31,815 bases of DNA, taken from a virus (Duplodnaviria; Heunggongvirae; Uroviricota; Caudoviricetes). The translations under genes and the position numbers were made by a program. The DNA is taken from the IMG/VR virus record IMGVR_UViG_2872152978_000007; one strand, written 5' to 3'. This document shows, one piece after another, positions 1 to 11,688 of the stretch (positions are counted from its first letter, which is position 1; every line of letters starts with the position of its first letter). The notes beneath the pieces are model-generated. The model was not told the origin of the DNA. It saw nothing but the letters and a program-made list of their open reading frames with translations, and did no database searches.

Positions 1-381
1 ATGCAGAAAAATGTGAATCCCGGCAGGCGAAAAGGCTGCCCTAATTATCCTCCCGAATTTAAACAGCAGCTCGTTGCTGCCTCCTGTGAACCCGGGATAT
101 CCATCTCAAAACTTGCTCTTGAAAATGGCATTAACGCCAATCTGTTGTTCAAATGGCGACAACAATGGCGCGAGGGAAAGCTGCTATTACCTTCTTCAGA
201 GAGCCCCCAGCTACTTCCTGTGACTCTCGATGCAGCTGCCGAACAGCCAGAATCGCTCGCAGAGGATCCGGAAACCCTCAGTATCAGCTGTGAGGTAACG
301 TTCCGGCACGGGACGCTCCGCTTCAATGGCAATGTCAGCGAAAAGCTCCTGACTCTGCTGATACAGGAACTGAAGCGATGA
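1..381 (+). CDS. tnpA: IS66-family accessory protein TnpA (start may lie upstream of window)
   Basis: 126-aa ORF MQKNVNPGRRKGCPNYPPEFKQQLVAAS...; identical to copy-2 ORF 19801..20202 apart from the latter's 7 extra N-terminal residues. Confidence 0.85.
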   Translation: MQKNVNPGRRKGCPNYPPEFKQQLVAASCEPGISISKLALENGINANLLFKWRQQWREGKLLLPSSESPQLLPVTLDAAAEQPESLAEDPETLSISCEVTFRHGTLRFNGNVSEKLLTLLIQELKR

Positions 382-725
382 TCCCGTTACCTTCCGGGAC
401 CAAAATTTGGCTGGTTGCCGGTATCACCGATATGAGAAATGGCTTCAACGGCCTGGCGGCAAAGGTGCAGACGACGCTGAAAGACGATCCGATGTCAGGT
501 CACGTTTTTATCTTCCGTGGGCGTAATGGCAGTCAGGTAAAGCTCCTCTGGTCTACCGGCGATGGACTGTGTCTGCTGACCAAACGGCTGGAGCGCGGCC
601 GCTTCGCCTGGCCGTCAGCCCGGGATGGCAAAGTGTTCCTCACACCGGCACAGCTGGCGATGCTCCTTGAAGGTATCGACTGGCGGCAGCCTAAAAGACT
701 GCTTACGTCCCTGACTATGTTGTAA
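378..725 (+). CDS. tnpB: IS66-family TnpB
   Basis: 115-aa ORF MIPLPSGTKIWLVAGITDMRNGFNGLAAKV..., ATGA overlap with tnpA, identical to copy-2 ORF 19457..19804. Confidence 0.9.
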   Translation: MIPLPSGTKIWLVAGITDMRNGFNGLAAKVQTTLKDDPMSGHVFIFRGRNGSQVKLLWSTGDGLCLLTKRLERGRFAWPSARDGKVFLTPAQLAMLLEGIDWRQPKRLLTSLTML

Positions 726-773
726 GCCTCTTTATCCTGGTCGACGCTGAATGAGCCTGGTAATATACCCGGT

Positions 774-2311
774 ATGAGCAGCTCACTTCCTGACGATATC
801 AATGCACTGAAACGTCTCCTTGCCGAACAGGAGGCGCTGAACCGTGCCCTGCTGGAAAAGCTGAACGAGCGTGAACGCGAAATAGACCATCTGCAGGCAC
901 AGCTGGATAAGCTGCGCCGGATGAACTTCGGCAGCCGCTCCGAAAAAGTCTCCCGTCGTATCGCACAGATGGAAGCTGACCTGAAGGCACTTCAGAAAGA
1001 AAGTGATACCCTTACCGGTCGGGTTGACGACCCGGCCGTGCAGCGCCCGCTGCGTCAAACCCGCACCCGCAAACCGTTCCCCGAATCACTCCCCCGCGAT
1101 GAAAAACGGCTGCTGCCGGCAGCGTCATGCTGCCCGGAATGTGGAGGCTCACTGAGCTATCCGGGTGAGGATGCCGCCGAACAGCTGGAGTTGATGCGCA
1201 GCGTCTTCCGGGTTATCCGGACTGTACGTGAAAAGCATGCCTGTACTCAGTGCGATGCCATCGTGCAGGCCCCGCGCCTTCACGGCCCATCGAGCGGGGT
1301 ATCGCAGGACCGGGGCTGCTGGCCCGCGTGCTGATCTCAAAGTATGCAGAGCACACCCCGCTGTACCGCCAGTCTGAAATGTACGGCCGCCAGGGCGTGG
1401 AGCTGAGTCGTTCACTGCTGTCGGGCTGGGTGGATGCATGCTGCCGGCTACTGTCACCGCTGGAAGAAGCGCTTCAGGATTATGTGCTGACTGACGGTAA
1501 GCTCCATGCTGATGACACGCCTGTCCCGGTGCTGTTGCCAGGCAATAAGAAAACGAAGACCGGGCGGTTATGGACCTACGTTCGTGACGACCGTAACGCC
1601 GGGTCAACGCTGGCGCCGGCGGTGTGGTTCGCTTACAGCCCGGACAGAAAAGGCATCCATCCGCAGACCCATCTTGCGGGGTTCAGTGGTGTACTGCAGG
1701 CGGATGCATACGCCGGGTTCAACGAGCTGTACCGGGATGGCCGGATAACGGAAGCCGCCTGTTGGGCTCACGCCCGCCGTAAAATCCACGATGTGCACGT
1801 TCGCACCCCGTCAGCCCTGACGGAGGAAGCGCTGAAACGGATCGGCGAACTGTACGCCATCGAGGCAGAGATAAGGGGAATGACGGCGGAGCAGCGCCTT
1901 GCCGAACGTCAGTTGAAAACGAAACCGCTGCTGAAATCCCTGGAAAGCTGGCTGCGTGAAAAGATGAAAACCCTGTCGCGACACTCAGAACTGGCGAAAG
2001 CGTTCGCATACGCCCTGAACCAGTGGCCGGCGCTGACGTACTATGCAGATGATAGCTGGGCTGAGGCGGACAATAACATCGCTGAAAATGCGTTGCGGAT
2101 GGTCAGTCTGGGCCGCAAAAACTACCTGTTCTTCGGTTCGGATCATGGAGGAGAGCGGGGAGCGCTGCTGTACAGCCTGATCGGGACGTGCAAACTGAAC
2201 GGAGTGGAGCCAGAAAGCTACCTCCGCTATGTCCTTGACGTCATAGCCGACTGGCCGATAAACCGGGTCGGCGAACTGCTCCCCTGGCGCGTAGCACTGC
2301 CGACTGAATAA
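774..2311 (+). pseudogene. tnpC: IS66-family transposase TnpC, frameshifted
   Basis: Split into ORFs 774..1334 and 1250..2311; copy 2 has one intact 512-aa ORF (17870..19408). Copy 1 has a run of 4 C at 1270..1273 where copy 2 has 5 (G5 at 18908..18912 on the plus strand). Confidence 0.85.
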
Positions 2312-2348
2312 CACATCCCCGTCAATACGGTTCTTGCTGCACGCTTAC

Positions 2349-3492
2349 GCTGATGCTGAGTATTAACGGGAAAAGCGTCAGCATTGAAGTGAATTTTAAC
2401 GGTGTCGCCAGCTTCGCCGCTGCTGCAACGGCACTACAGACAGCGCTGACCGCAGCAGTGGCTACAGTGGTATTCGATACCACACAGAATGCTTTTGTCA
2501 TTACTGTCGCCGGGGCGAAACCCGGGAGTACCACGATAACGTTCGGCAGTGGATCGGCAGCAGAACTCCTGAAGATGACCAGTAACACCGGTGCGGTGAT
2601 ATCCCGGGGCGCGCCTGTATCTGATGTCCCTGACACAATGGCAGCCATTAAGGCCGCTTCCCAGCAATGGGCGGGTTTTTCCACGGTATCTGAGGTCACT
2701 GACGAGCAACACCTGGCGTTTTCTGCATGGGCAAACGGGCAGGGCAAGCGTTACTTTAATGTGGCATGGACAACCAGCGGCAACGCCAGAGTAAAAGGCA
2801 GTACTGAACACATCGCTTACCAGATAATTGCTGTCAATAACTACAGCTCTGTTGTACCTGTTTTCGCGACTGATGGTAACCGGGCTGCAGCGGTACTGGG
2901 GTATGCAGCGTGCCTTGATTTTATCCGACCAGAGGGGCGTGTATCATTCAAGTTCCGCGAGTATGAGGGGCTGGCCGCTGATGTTACCAGTGGCAGCGAT
3001 TATGATGCGCTGATCGCCGCAGGTTACAATTTCTACGGAAAATATGCGGAAAACAGTGTGGTGGAAGATTACTGGGCGGATGGCACTATTACCGGTGATT
3101 TTAAATGGCTGGACAGTTTCTGCGGGCAAATCTGGCTGAATGCCAGTTTGCAGGGGGCGGTGATCGCATTATTCAAGTCAAACCAGACGGTCCCCTACAA
3201 CAATGAAGGGCGGGCGCTGGTTGCAGCGTCAATGAGTGACGTTATCCAGCAGTACAAACGCTGGGGAGGGATCCGTGAAGGGGTGACACTGACGGAGGCG
3301 CAGAAGAAACAGATTAACAATGTTGTGGAGGCAGATGTTTCTTCAACGTTGTTTGCCACCGGCTATTACCTGTATATCGGCGATATGCTTCCCTCTTTGC
3401 GGGCAACCCGTAGCAGTCCGTCCTGTACGCTCTGGTACTGTGACGGCGGTAGTATCCAGAAACTTGTTATTGCATCCACGGAGGTCCAGTAA
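2349..3492 (+). pseudogene. Contractile tail sheath protein, C-terminal 378 codons (Mu gpL-like), separated from its N-terminus by IS66 insertion and inversion
   Basis: ORF begins immediately after the IS66 end; joins in frame through the 8-bp duplication GCTGATGC with the minus-strand N-terminal fragment 20274..20622, reconstructing a 494-aa protein; followed by a tube gene as in sheath-tube operons. Confidence 0.8.
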
Positions 3493-3677
3493 ATGTCGGG
3501 TAACAACAACACCATCACTGCGGCGGATGCCATTATCACGCTGACAGTGAATAATCTGTATCCCTCCGGCGTACGACTTCAGGGATTTGCAACAGATAAC
3601 GTTTATGGCACCGATCCACTGGTACTGGCGGAAACTGCCCGCGGTATTGACGGTAAACTGTCGGTAATGACTCCAAC

Positions 3678-4073
3678 TTACTGATAGTGTTTTATGTTCA
3701 GATAATGCCCGATGACCTTGTCATGCAGCTCCACCGATTTTGAGAACGACAGTGACTTCCGTCCCAGCCTTGCCAGATGTTGTCTCAGATTCAGATTATG
3801 TCGCTCAATGCGCTGAGTGTAACGCTTGCTGATAACGTGCAGCTTTCCCTTCAGGCGTGATTCATACAGCGGCCAGCCATCCGTCATCCATACCACGACC
3901 TCAAAGGCCGACAGCAGGCTCAGAAGACGCTCCAGTGTGGCCAGAGTGCGTTCACCGAAGACGTGCGCCACAACCGTCCTCCGTATCCTGTCATACGCGT
4001 AAAACAGCCAGCGCTGACGTGATTTAGCACCGACGTAGCCCCACTGTTCGTCCATTTCAGCGCAGACAATCAC
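3678..4073 (-). CDS. insB: IS1 InsB
   Basis: [31 protein letters not shown]...KHYQ. Confidence 0.9.
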   Translation of the reverse strand: MIVCAEMDEQWGYVGAKSRQRWLFYAYDRIRRTVVAHVFGERTLATLERLLSLLSAFEVVVWMTDGWPLYESRLKGKLHVISKRYTQRIERHNLNLRQHLARLGRKSLSFSKSVELHDKVIGHYLNIKHYQ

Positions 4074-4099
4074 ATCACTGCCCGGTTGTATGCGCGAGG

Positions 4100-4375
4100 T
4101 TACCGACTGCGGCCTGAGTTTTTTAAGTGACGGAAAACCGTGTTGAGGTCAACGCCCATAATGCGTGCACTGGCGCGACATCCGACGCCATTCATGGCCA
4201 TATCAATGATTTTCTGGTGCGTACCGGGCTGAGAGGCGGTGTAAGTGAACTGTAGTTGCCATGTTTTACGGCAATGAGAGCAGAGATAGCGCTGATGTCC
4301 GGCAGTGCTTTTGCCGTTACGCACCACGCCTTCAGTAGCGGAGCAGGAAGGACATCTGATGGAAATGGAAGCCAC
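4100..4375 (-). CDS. insA: IS1 InsA
   Basis: [43 protein letters not shown]... Confidence 0.9.
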   Translation of the reverse strand: MASISIRCPSCSATEGVVRNGKSTAGHQRYLCSHCRKTWQLQFTYTASQPGTHQKIIDMAMNGVGCRASARIMGVDLNTVFRHLKNSGRSR

Positions 4376-4713
4376 GCAAGCACCTTAAAATCACCATCAT
4401 ACACTAAATCAGTAAGTTGGCAGCATTACCAAACTGTCCGCGGGATTTGTGTACAGCAACATTATCCAGACGTTTCATATCATGCCGGATTCCCCCAGCC
4501 GGGATATTTTTGATACCTGGTCAACCACATCCGGGCCAGTCGGGCTGTATTCCGTTGTAACGCTGTCGTCCTGCTTCCGGCGATTGGCCGTAAATATACC
4601 TGCGTGAATGGCGTACTCAAACAATGGAAAGCGCTGCCTGATGCAGCTCGTACGTTGCAGCCAGGGCAGGCGGTTATTGAGTGGGAAACCATTACTCCGG
4701 AGGTTTTTAACTG

Positions 4714-5118
4714 ATGGCCCGTAAAGAGAAATTTATCACTATTGAAGGTCAGGGACGGGATAAGGGCAAGGTATTTCATCTTACCGAAATGTCTGCCTCA
4801 CAGGCGGAATGGTGGGCGATGCGTGCCATTATGGCAATGGGGCGTGGTGGCGTGGAGTTACCGGATGATGTTCGTAGTCTGGGGATGGCTGCGCTTGCCC
4901 TTGAAGGGCTGAAAGCATTATCGAAAATTCCGCCTGATGAGGCGCGTCCGTTGATGGATGAAATGATGGACTGTGTGCAGTTTGTTCCCGATCCGAAAAA
5001 ACGCAGCATCCGGAGACCGCTTGTTGAAGAGGATATTGAAGAAATCATTACCCGTCTTAATCTGCGTGCGGAGGTCTTTAAGCTGCATGTGGATTTTTTC
5101 GCTACCGTCGTCAGCTAG
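4714..5118 (+). CDS. Tail assembly chaperone (between tube and tape measure)
   Basis: 134-aa ORF; start overlaps the upstream stop (TGATG); position and size fit the conserved chaperone of contractile/long-tailed phages. Confidence 0.55.
   Translation: MARKEKFITIEGQGRDKGKVFHLTEMSASQAEWWAMRAIMAMGRGGVELPDDVRSLGMAALALEGLKALSKIPPDEARPLMDEMMDCVQFVPDPKKRSIRRPLVEEDIEEIITRLNLRAEVFKLHVDFFATVVS
5094..5100 (+). other. Candidate -1 programmed ribosomal frameshift slippery heptamer T_TTT_TTC
   Basis: Zero-frame codons GAT TTT TTC; the -1 frame is open from here to 5342 (about 83 codons) and overlaps the tape-measure start, the G/GT-type arrangement. Confidence 0.45.
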
Positions 5119-5325
5119 ATATCCCCCCGCGTTATCTCGACCCCGACAGACCGTTCGGGGTGGTGGATTACGTTAATGTTCCCCGTACCATTGCGACCGT
5201 TATCTCCTCCGGTAAGGCTTCAAAAGCTGAACTGGATTCTGTCCTTGGTGTGCAGGACTTATGGGATCTGCTGGAAATAATTCATGTGGATGCCCATAAC
5301 GAACAGGTGATACAGGAGAACAGAA

Positions 5326-7346
5326 ATGGCGCAGGTACTTGATGAGCTTGTTCTGTCCCTCGGGATTGATGACAGGGACTTTACTGCCGGGGAACAGGCA
5401 GTACATGCTGCCCTTAACCGGCTCACGACGGTGATGGAAGGTGTCGCTGACACATTCAGTCAGGGACAGAAGAAAACCAGTGAATCACTGGAAAAAACCG
5501 GAAAAGATGCTGATAAAACGGCCCGTCGAATGGAAGATGCCGGGAAACGGGCGTCCCGTTTTTTTTCAGGAATCCGTAGCGAGATTCTGGCTCTTGCGGG
5601 TGTCAGTCTGACGCTGGGGGGGCTGAAGAACCTGGTAACAGGTTTTGCCCGTGATCTGAACCGTCTGTCCGTGGAATCCGATGCTTTTGGCATGAAGGCC
5701 AGAAATCTGGACGGATGGTTACGGGCTGCGCGGGCAAATAATGTTGATGAAGGGGAAATGTCTGGGGCATTTTCCCGGCTTGCAAATGCAAAAGCGGCCT
5801 TCAGAGCCGGAAGGTCCTTTGATCCTGTGTTACAGGATTTGTTTCAGGTTGCAGCCAGGGCGGGCATTAGTGTTGATTTAAATACTGACAGCACTGAAGC
5901 CATCATGCGCAAGCTGGCGGTTATTTTTCCGCGACTGACAAAGTCCGAACAAACTGCCTACGGCAACGCGCTGGGCTTCAGTTATGCCGGACAGCAGTTT
6001 CTTGGCTCCGGTCATGCGCTGAAAGATGTGGACGAATTTACTTCCCGTTCGCAGGTTACGCCGGGGCGTACAGCGCTGGCCCGTAAGCTACGAAAAGAGC
6101 TTGTTGAGCTCGATCAGACCTGGTCCGGCATCGGGATGACGATTAGCACCGCGTTGATGCCGTACGCGCTGAAGCTCAGCCACTGGCTGGAGACACTCGG
6201 TGACTGGATGCAGCAACATCCGGAGGAAGTGAACAGGTTTATCACCACATTTCTGAATGACGTTGAGTCAGTGGCCTCCCTAGCGAATAAGGCTGCCGGA
6301 GAACTGGGGGCTGGCAGAATGTCATTATTACGCTGATCGGGCTGAAAGTGGCGTCATGGGTGCGGGGGCTGACAAAAGCCCTCAGTGGCCCCGGAGGCCT
6401 TCTTTTTGCGATAACGGCGCTTTACCCGGTTGTTGACGGATTACTGACATCCATTGTTGGCAGGGAAAATAAGGACTGGCTGGATTCACATGGTTTTTTC
6501 TGGGCTTCAGACGGGACTTTCTTTTTCAATAAGAAAGAGATGGAGACGTATCAGACAAAACTGGATGCCGGAGAAAAGCCTGGCAACATCACCCGGGCAC
6601 AATCACCCACAGTATGGCAGCAGGGCATGCTGGATACTCAGGCTTCTCAGGCAACCGGGAGGGAAGCAGCCTTCGGTGAATCCTGGCTACAGGGTATGCG
6701 TGCGACGCAGGAAAAACTCGGTAATGCCATGCAAAACCGCCAGCGACCGACGAAGACCGGGGAAGCCCTGTTAGGCTGGCTGCAACCGAAACTGTCTCAA
6801 CTGGAGGAAAAATATAACCTGCCGCCCGGACTGCTGCGCAGCGTTGCGATCACCGAATCCCGTGGTAATCAGTTTGCCGTCTCACCTGCTGGTGCGATGG
6901 GACTGTTTCAGTTCATGCCGAAGACGGCCAGTGAATTTGGTCTGAGGGGGAACGATGCCTTTGATCCCGAAAAAGCCGCTGATGCCGCCGCGAGAAAACT
7001 TGGTGGCCTGATACGTTTTTTTCATGGCGATCTGGCTAAGGCTCTGGCGGCATATAACTGTGGAGAGGGAAATGTTCAGCGTAAGGGACTGGCTGCTGCT
7101 CCGGAGGAGACCCGCAACTATATTCCGCGGGTGCTGGCGAACCTGCCTTATCCGGGTGCGGCAATGGCCATACGGTCGCTCCATCCTGCGCCTGTATCGC
7201 AGTCCACCGTAACGGAAACCACGCATATCGGGACACTGAATGTCACCACAACGTCGGACAATGTGAAGGGTATTACCGATGACGCACGTCGGCGTATCAC
7301 GAATTCGGCGCTTGTGTCGGTTTATTCCAGCGGGGTAACAGGATGA
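5326..7346 (+). pseudogene. Tail tape measure protein with C-terminal lytic transglycosylase (SLT) domain; frameshifted near 6290..6320
   Basis: ORFs 5326..6336 and 6348..7346 in different frames; downstream frame is open back to a stop at 6288..6290; G5 run at 6306..6310; SLT motif LLRSVAITESRGNQFAVSPAGAMGLFQFMP...AYNCGEGNV in the second part. Confidence 0.65.
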
Positions 7347-8080
7347 GTTTTTCTTTCGATAATATTTCCCTGAATAACTTTTCGCTCAGTGAAAGTAACG
7401 TACTGAGTGCAGTTCGTGGCGGCTGTGTCCTGGGACTCATTAATAGTGTACTGGCACCGTCATTCGGTATTTATTACGCACGGAATGATCCGGCAGGTGC
7501 CCATCAGAAGGGTGGCAAACCTTTCTCCCCGGATTCTTTTGTTGTCGTTGAGGTGGGCGCGGAGGCTTCTGTTTCCACCGTCCCCGTGGAGCAGGGGGCT
7601 TATACCACCTTTAATAAAATCCAGAGATCGCCGGAACTGCATGTGACTTTCACTGTAGAGGGGTGGACGGCCTTTTCCGGATCCGTCCCGAACCTGACAA
7701 ATTTTTCCACCACCTCGCGGACGAATGTGCTGGAAACGCTTGAAAGGATGCGTACCACGGCAGGACTCTACGATATTGAGACGCCGGACAAGACATGGAC
7801 ATCCTGCGACCTTGTGAAATATGACTACCGAATGCGAAGTAATAATGGTCCGACCTTACTGACGGTTACTGCGGTATTTCAGACCGTAATGAATACAGGA
7901 GAGGTGTCAGTGGGAAGTACGGATAAGTCGTCTCCCACGGACAACGATAAAGCAAAAGGGGCCGCATCGGTTAAAACGCAGCCAGTTACGGCGTCGGTGA
8001 CACAACCGTCAGACGCTGACAGACGAAGCGCCACGAACAGGGGATCACCTGATGCTGGAAATTGTTTTATCTCCCGTTAA
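7343..8080 (+). CDS. Phage tail/baseplate protein (unassigned)
   Basis: 245-aa ORF, ATGA overlap with tape measure; position after tape measure in a Mu-like tail module. Confidence 0.45.
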   Translation: MSFSFDNISLNNFSLSESNVLSAVRGGCVLGLINSVLAPSFGIYYARNDPAGAHQKGGKPFSPDSFVVVEVGAEASVSTVPVEQGAYTTFNKIQRSPELHVTFTVEGWTAFSGSVPNLTNFSTTSRTNVLETLERMRTTAGLYDIETPDKTWTSCDLVKYDYRMRSNNGPTLLTVTAVFQTVMNTGEVSVGSTDKSSPTDNDKAKGAASVKTQPVTASVTQPSDADRRSATNRGSPDAGNCFISR

Positions 8081-8354
8081 AGCCCAGCAGTTTACGGTGA
8101 CACTGGGCGCTCAGGTCTGCACCATTCGCCTGAATCAGCGTACTACGGGGATGTATATCGATATCATTGTTAATGGTGAACCGTGCCTGTATGGCGTGCT
8201 GTGTCTGAATAATAACCGGATTGTCCGGTACGGATACCTGCCGTTTCAGGGGGACCTGTTTTTTACCGACACGGAGGGGAATAGTGACCCTGACTGGCGG
8301 GGGCTCGGATCCCGGTACCGGCTCTACTGGCTGTTACCTGAGGAACTGATATGA
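8052..8354 (+). CDS. Phage tail/baseplate protein (small, unassigned)
   Basis: 100-aa ORF overlapping its neighbours, typical phage operon packing. Confidence 0.4.
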   Translation: MLEIVLSPVKAQQFTVTLGAQVCTIRLNQRTTGMYIDIIVNGEPCLYGVLCLNNNRIVRYGYLPFQGDLFFTDTEGNSDPDWRGLGSRYRLYWLLPEELI

Positions 8355-9220
8355 GCTACAGACAACGTAAAATAACGGTGGAGTTCACTCTTTCAGACGG
8401 ACGAACGTTTGGTAATGGCCAGGGCAATATGCTGACCATTACCGACGCAAGCTGTTTTGCCAGTATTGCCGTATATGGAGGGGTGGCTGGTACACAAATC
8501 ACGCTGTATATCTGGGGAATGTCACCGGCGCATATGACGAATTTAAGCTGGCGCGGTGTGTGGCGACAGGAGCAGAGTACCGAAAATAAAATGCGGCTGT
8601 GGGCCGACGGGCGGCTTATTTTTGAAGGTGATATTACTGATGCATACGCCGACTACAACCAGGCGCCGGATATTCCGCTCATTCTGACAGGACAGATTCA
8701 TTTTAATCTGCGTAATCAGCCGGCGGCAGATTTCAGCGCAAAGGGCGATGTTGCGGTTGCAGATATTATCCGTGCGCTGGCGTCAACTGTCGGGCTTGGA
8801 TTTGAAAACCAGGGGGTCAGCCGCAGTCTGTCTGACCCGCATTTTTCCGGTAATGTTGTACAACAAATGCTGGATGTCGCTTCAGCCGCCGATATTAACA
8901 TTGATCTGGGGAATGTGGAGAAAGTCACCATCTGGCCGAAAGGGCAGAACCGGAATATTCCGCCGGTACTGATTTCGCCGGATCACGGACTGACTGGCTA
9001 TCCGGTTTACACCATGACCGGACTCAGCGCCACCACGATATTCTGCCCCGATCTCTTTACTGGCAGGCCAGCGCATCTGGAATCGTCACTGCCTGATATG
9101 ACGGGCGATTATACGATCACAGGGGTGATACACACCATTACTTCGCGAACCGTGGGCGGTCCGTGGAGTTCCAACTGTACCATGATGAGGGCTGAAGAAA
9201 ATGGCACAACCACTCAGTAA
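8351..9220 (+). CDS. Phage baseplate protein (unassigned)
   Basis: 289-aa ORF with ATGA overlap upstream; precedes the gpV-like spike gene. Confidence 0.5.
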   Translation: MSYRQRKITVEFTLSDGRTFGNGQGNMLTITDASCFASIAVYGGVAGTQITLYIWGMSPAHMTNLSWRGVWRQEQSTENKMRLWADGRLIFEGDITDAYADYNQAPDIPLILTGQIHFNLRNQPAADFSAKGDVAVADIIRALASTVGLGFENQGVSRSLSDPHFSGNVVQQMLDVASAADINIDLGNVEKVTIWPKGQNRNIPPVLISPDHGLTGYPVYTMTGLSATTIFCPDLFTGRPAHLESSLPDMTGDYTITGVIHTITSRTVGGPWSSNCTMMRAEENGTTTQ

Positions 9221-9790
9221 CCCGACAGACGTGAACAGCGAAATCAATGCACAGGACTTTATGCTGCGGCAGTTTCTCGGACGTCATGCGTTTATCACTC
9301 TGGGACGGGTGGTAGCCGTGGAAGAGGGATTTATTGAGGCCCGACCGATGGTAATGGGCGTTGCAGCAGACGGTTCCCCGGTTGAACATGAGGTGATTTA
9401 TAACATTCCCGTATGGCGACTACAGGGGGGCGGTAATGCGGTGATTATCCCGCCACATGTGGGGGATATCGGTTTTCTTGCCATCTGGCTGGGTGGCGTG
9501 CTCAACGGTGATCCCGTCCAGTTTGTGGTATTTGATGACAACCAGATACGGATTGTATCTCCCTGGAAAGTGGAGATATCCGCGCCTGAGGGGGTGATTA
9601 ATGCGCCGAAAAGCTTCACCGTTAACTCACCACAAATTGCGCTGAACGGCGATACCGCCGTCAGTAAGGGGCTTGACGTTACCGGGCAGTCCAGGCTTTC
9701 CGGCGGTTCGAACATCGGGGTATTGATTTTGGAAACCACGTTCACGGCGGCGTTGAGTCCGGCGGCTCAACCACGCAGGGATCCCGGTAA
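9201..9790 (+). pseudogene. Baseplate spike/assembly protein V-like (Mu gp45 / P2 gpV family), frameshifted
   Basis: N-terminal frame runs from 9201; the C-terminus ...IDFGNHVHGGVESGGSTTQGSR (resembling the gpV C-terminal H-x-H...SGG..TG motif) is in another frame ending at the TAA at 9788..9790; switch point is the G4 run at 9717..9720. Confidence 0.6.
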
Positions 9791-9802
9791 ACAGGAGAAA
9801 AC

Positions 9803-10158
9803 ATGCAGTCACGATCACTTCTTCTTGACACCGGGACATGGGATATCCTGCTTGATGATACCGGAAATCTTGCCATTACTGATAATCCCCATGCGGTAGC
9901 TCAGGATGTGGCGTGTGCGTGCAGTACTTTTCTGGGGAGTGCTGGTACGACTCAACGGCTGGCATACCTTACTGGCCACGCATCCTCGGACACTGGCCCG
10001 GCACACAACTGGTGAATGCCACTCTGCAACAGGAAGCACTTAAACTGCCGACCGTGAGCGCCGCTGTCTGCCAGGTCACAGCTGATCAAACCCGGACAGT
10101 AACAGGTGTGCTGCGTATTACAGATACCAATAATGACATTTTTACGGTACTGCTATGA
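9803..10158 (+). pseudogene. Mu gp46-like baseplate protein, probably frameshifted
   Basis: ATG at 9803 with AGGAG upstream; ORFs 9803..10015 and 9913..10158 in different frames cover one gene-sized interval. Confidence 0.45.
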
Positions 10159-11392
10159 GTGAAAATAAATCTTTTTCTACCGCAGTGCCCGCTGTACAGA
10201 TTTCGGATAGCGGGCTGAATGTGCCGGATGAAGCGGATATTCTGAGCGGCAGGCTTGCTGATTTTTCGGCGGCGCTGGGCGGGGCCATGAGTACCAGTCT
10301 GAGCAGTCCGCAGGGACAACTTGCATCCAGCGAAAGCGCCATTATTGCGGATAAAAACGATCAGTTGCTGTATATCGTTAACCAGATCAACCCTGACTTT
10401 TCCAGTGGTCGCTTTCAGGATGCAATAGGCAGGATTTATTTCCTGGAGCGCCGTGGGGCCACAGGTACGACAGTAACAGCGACCTGTACCGGGCTGGTTG
10501 GCACGCTGATCCCGGCGGGCAGTATGGGGCAGGATGAGGCCGGTTATAAGTATGTCAGTCAGACGTCACTATCGGCGCATCAGGGCAGGTTGATGCGGTA
10601 TTTCTGAATTTGTCCACCGGCCCCGTCGGCTGTCCTGTGGGGACGCTGAATAAAATTTATAAGGCAATACCTGGCTGGTCAGGTGTCACTAACGCCCGTG
10701 CCGGTGTGCCGGGCAGCGATGAGGAAACCCGTGCGGACTTTGAAAACCGCCGACGTAATTCAGTTGCCCGTAATGCCCGGAATATTCTGGAAGCCATCCG
10801 GGGTGAAATACTCTCCACGGTAGAAAACGTGGTGGATGTTTACGTCACCCATAATCCGAAAAAAACAGAACAAAAAGCCGGAGTCAGTCAGTATCCATTA
10901 ACACCCGGTTCGCTTTATGTTGGCGTGTACGGCGGCAGCCCGGCAGATATCGCGGCGGCCATCTGGCGTAAGGCTCCGCCGGGTATTGATATGAATGGCA
11001 ACACAACGTTCACTGTTGCAGATAAGGAGTACGATCCGCCGTATCCTGAATACGTAATCAGCTGGCAGACACTCAAACCCGTCAGTCTGCATGTCAGTGT
11101 GACGCTGAAAAAAAGTGACTACCTGCCTTCAGATATTACCCGACAGGTACAGCAATCCGTGCTGGACGCATTTAATGGTACAGATGGTGGTCTGCGGGCA
11201 AGGGTTGCCTCTGTTGTCTCTGCCGGGCGCTACTATGCCGGCATTTACAAAACCGATCCGGAACATATTGATATTCTGGGCCTTACTGTGAGCCGTGACG
11301 GTTCGTCATGGACAACGGCTGTCACTTTCGGGATAGATGAGATTCCGGTTCTGGATGTGTCGGATATCAGTGTGAAACTCCAGGAGGCATAA
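10155..11392 (+). pseudogene. Baseplate J-like protein (Mu gp47 family), probably frameshifted near 10550..10610
   Basis: ORFs 10155..10607 and 10610..11392 abut in different frames; second frame is open back to a stop at 10547..10549. Confidence 0.55.
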
Positions 11393-11688
11393 CGTGCAGA
11401 ATGTGGCTGCCACTGTGCTTGCGCAGTATGCTGCCAGCCCCGACTCAATGCCCTCATTAACAGCTTTAACGCAGCGCTTTCCCCCGACAGTTTTATCAGT
11501 GATTTTTATGGTCTTATCTGGAACATCGATACCGCAGAAAAGTATGGTCTTGATGTCTGGGGAAAGATTGTGGGTGTCAGTCGCCGGCTGACGGTAAAGG
11601 ACGATTTTAATTACCTGGGCTTCAGCGAGTCCAGGATGGACACCCCGGTAATGGATGATCCCTGTCCGTTTAATCAGTGGATTTGCCC

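Larger units (their letters stand above)
1..2348 (+). mobile_element. IS66-family insertion sequence, copy 1 (left end lies outside the window)
   Basis: Three-ORF IS66 layout tnpA-tnpB-tnpC; right terminal repeat ends ...CACGCTTAC at 2348 (reverse complement begins GTAAGCGTGCAGCAAGAACCGT); proteins match copy 2 at 17833..20273. Confidence 0.9.
3663..4430 (-). mobile_element. IS1 copy A (768 bp)
   Basis: Termini GGTAATGACTCCAACTTA... and ...GGCAGCATTACC; insA/insB ORFs; flanked by 8-bp direct repeat AAACTGTC (3655..3662 and 4431..4438). Confidence 0.95.
3493..4713 (+). pseudogene. Tail tube protein, interrupted by IS1 (N-terminal part 3493..3662; remainder 4431..~4713, possibly also frameshifted)
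   Basis: 57 codons MSGNNNTITAADAIITLTVNNLYPSGVRLQGFATDNVYGTDPLVLAETARGIDGKLS run into the IS1 end; reading frame continues after the IS1 target duplication; position directly after sheath. Confidence 0.6.

Noticed and set aside
2322-2811. Minus-strand ORFs of 141 and 125 codons antisense to the sheath C-terminal fragment
   Set aside because: They fully overlap a well-supported plus-strand gene, are Ala/Cys-rich in the way of antisense frames of GC-rich coding sequence, and have no ribosome-binding site or operon context.
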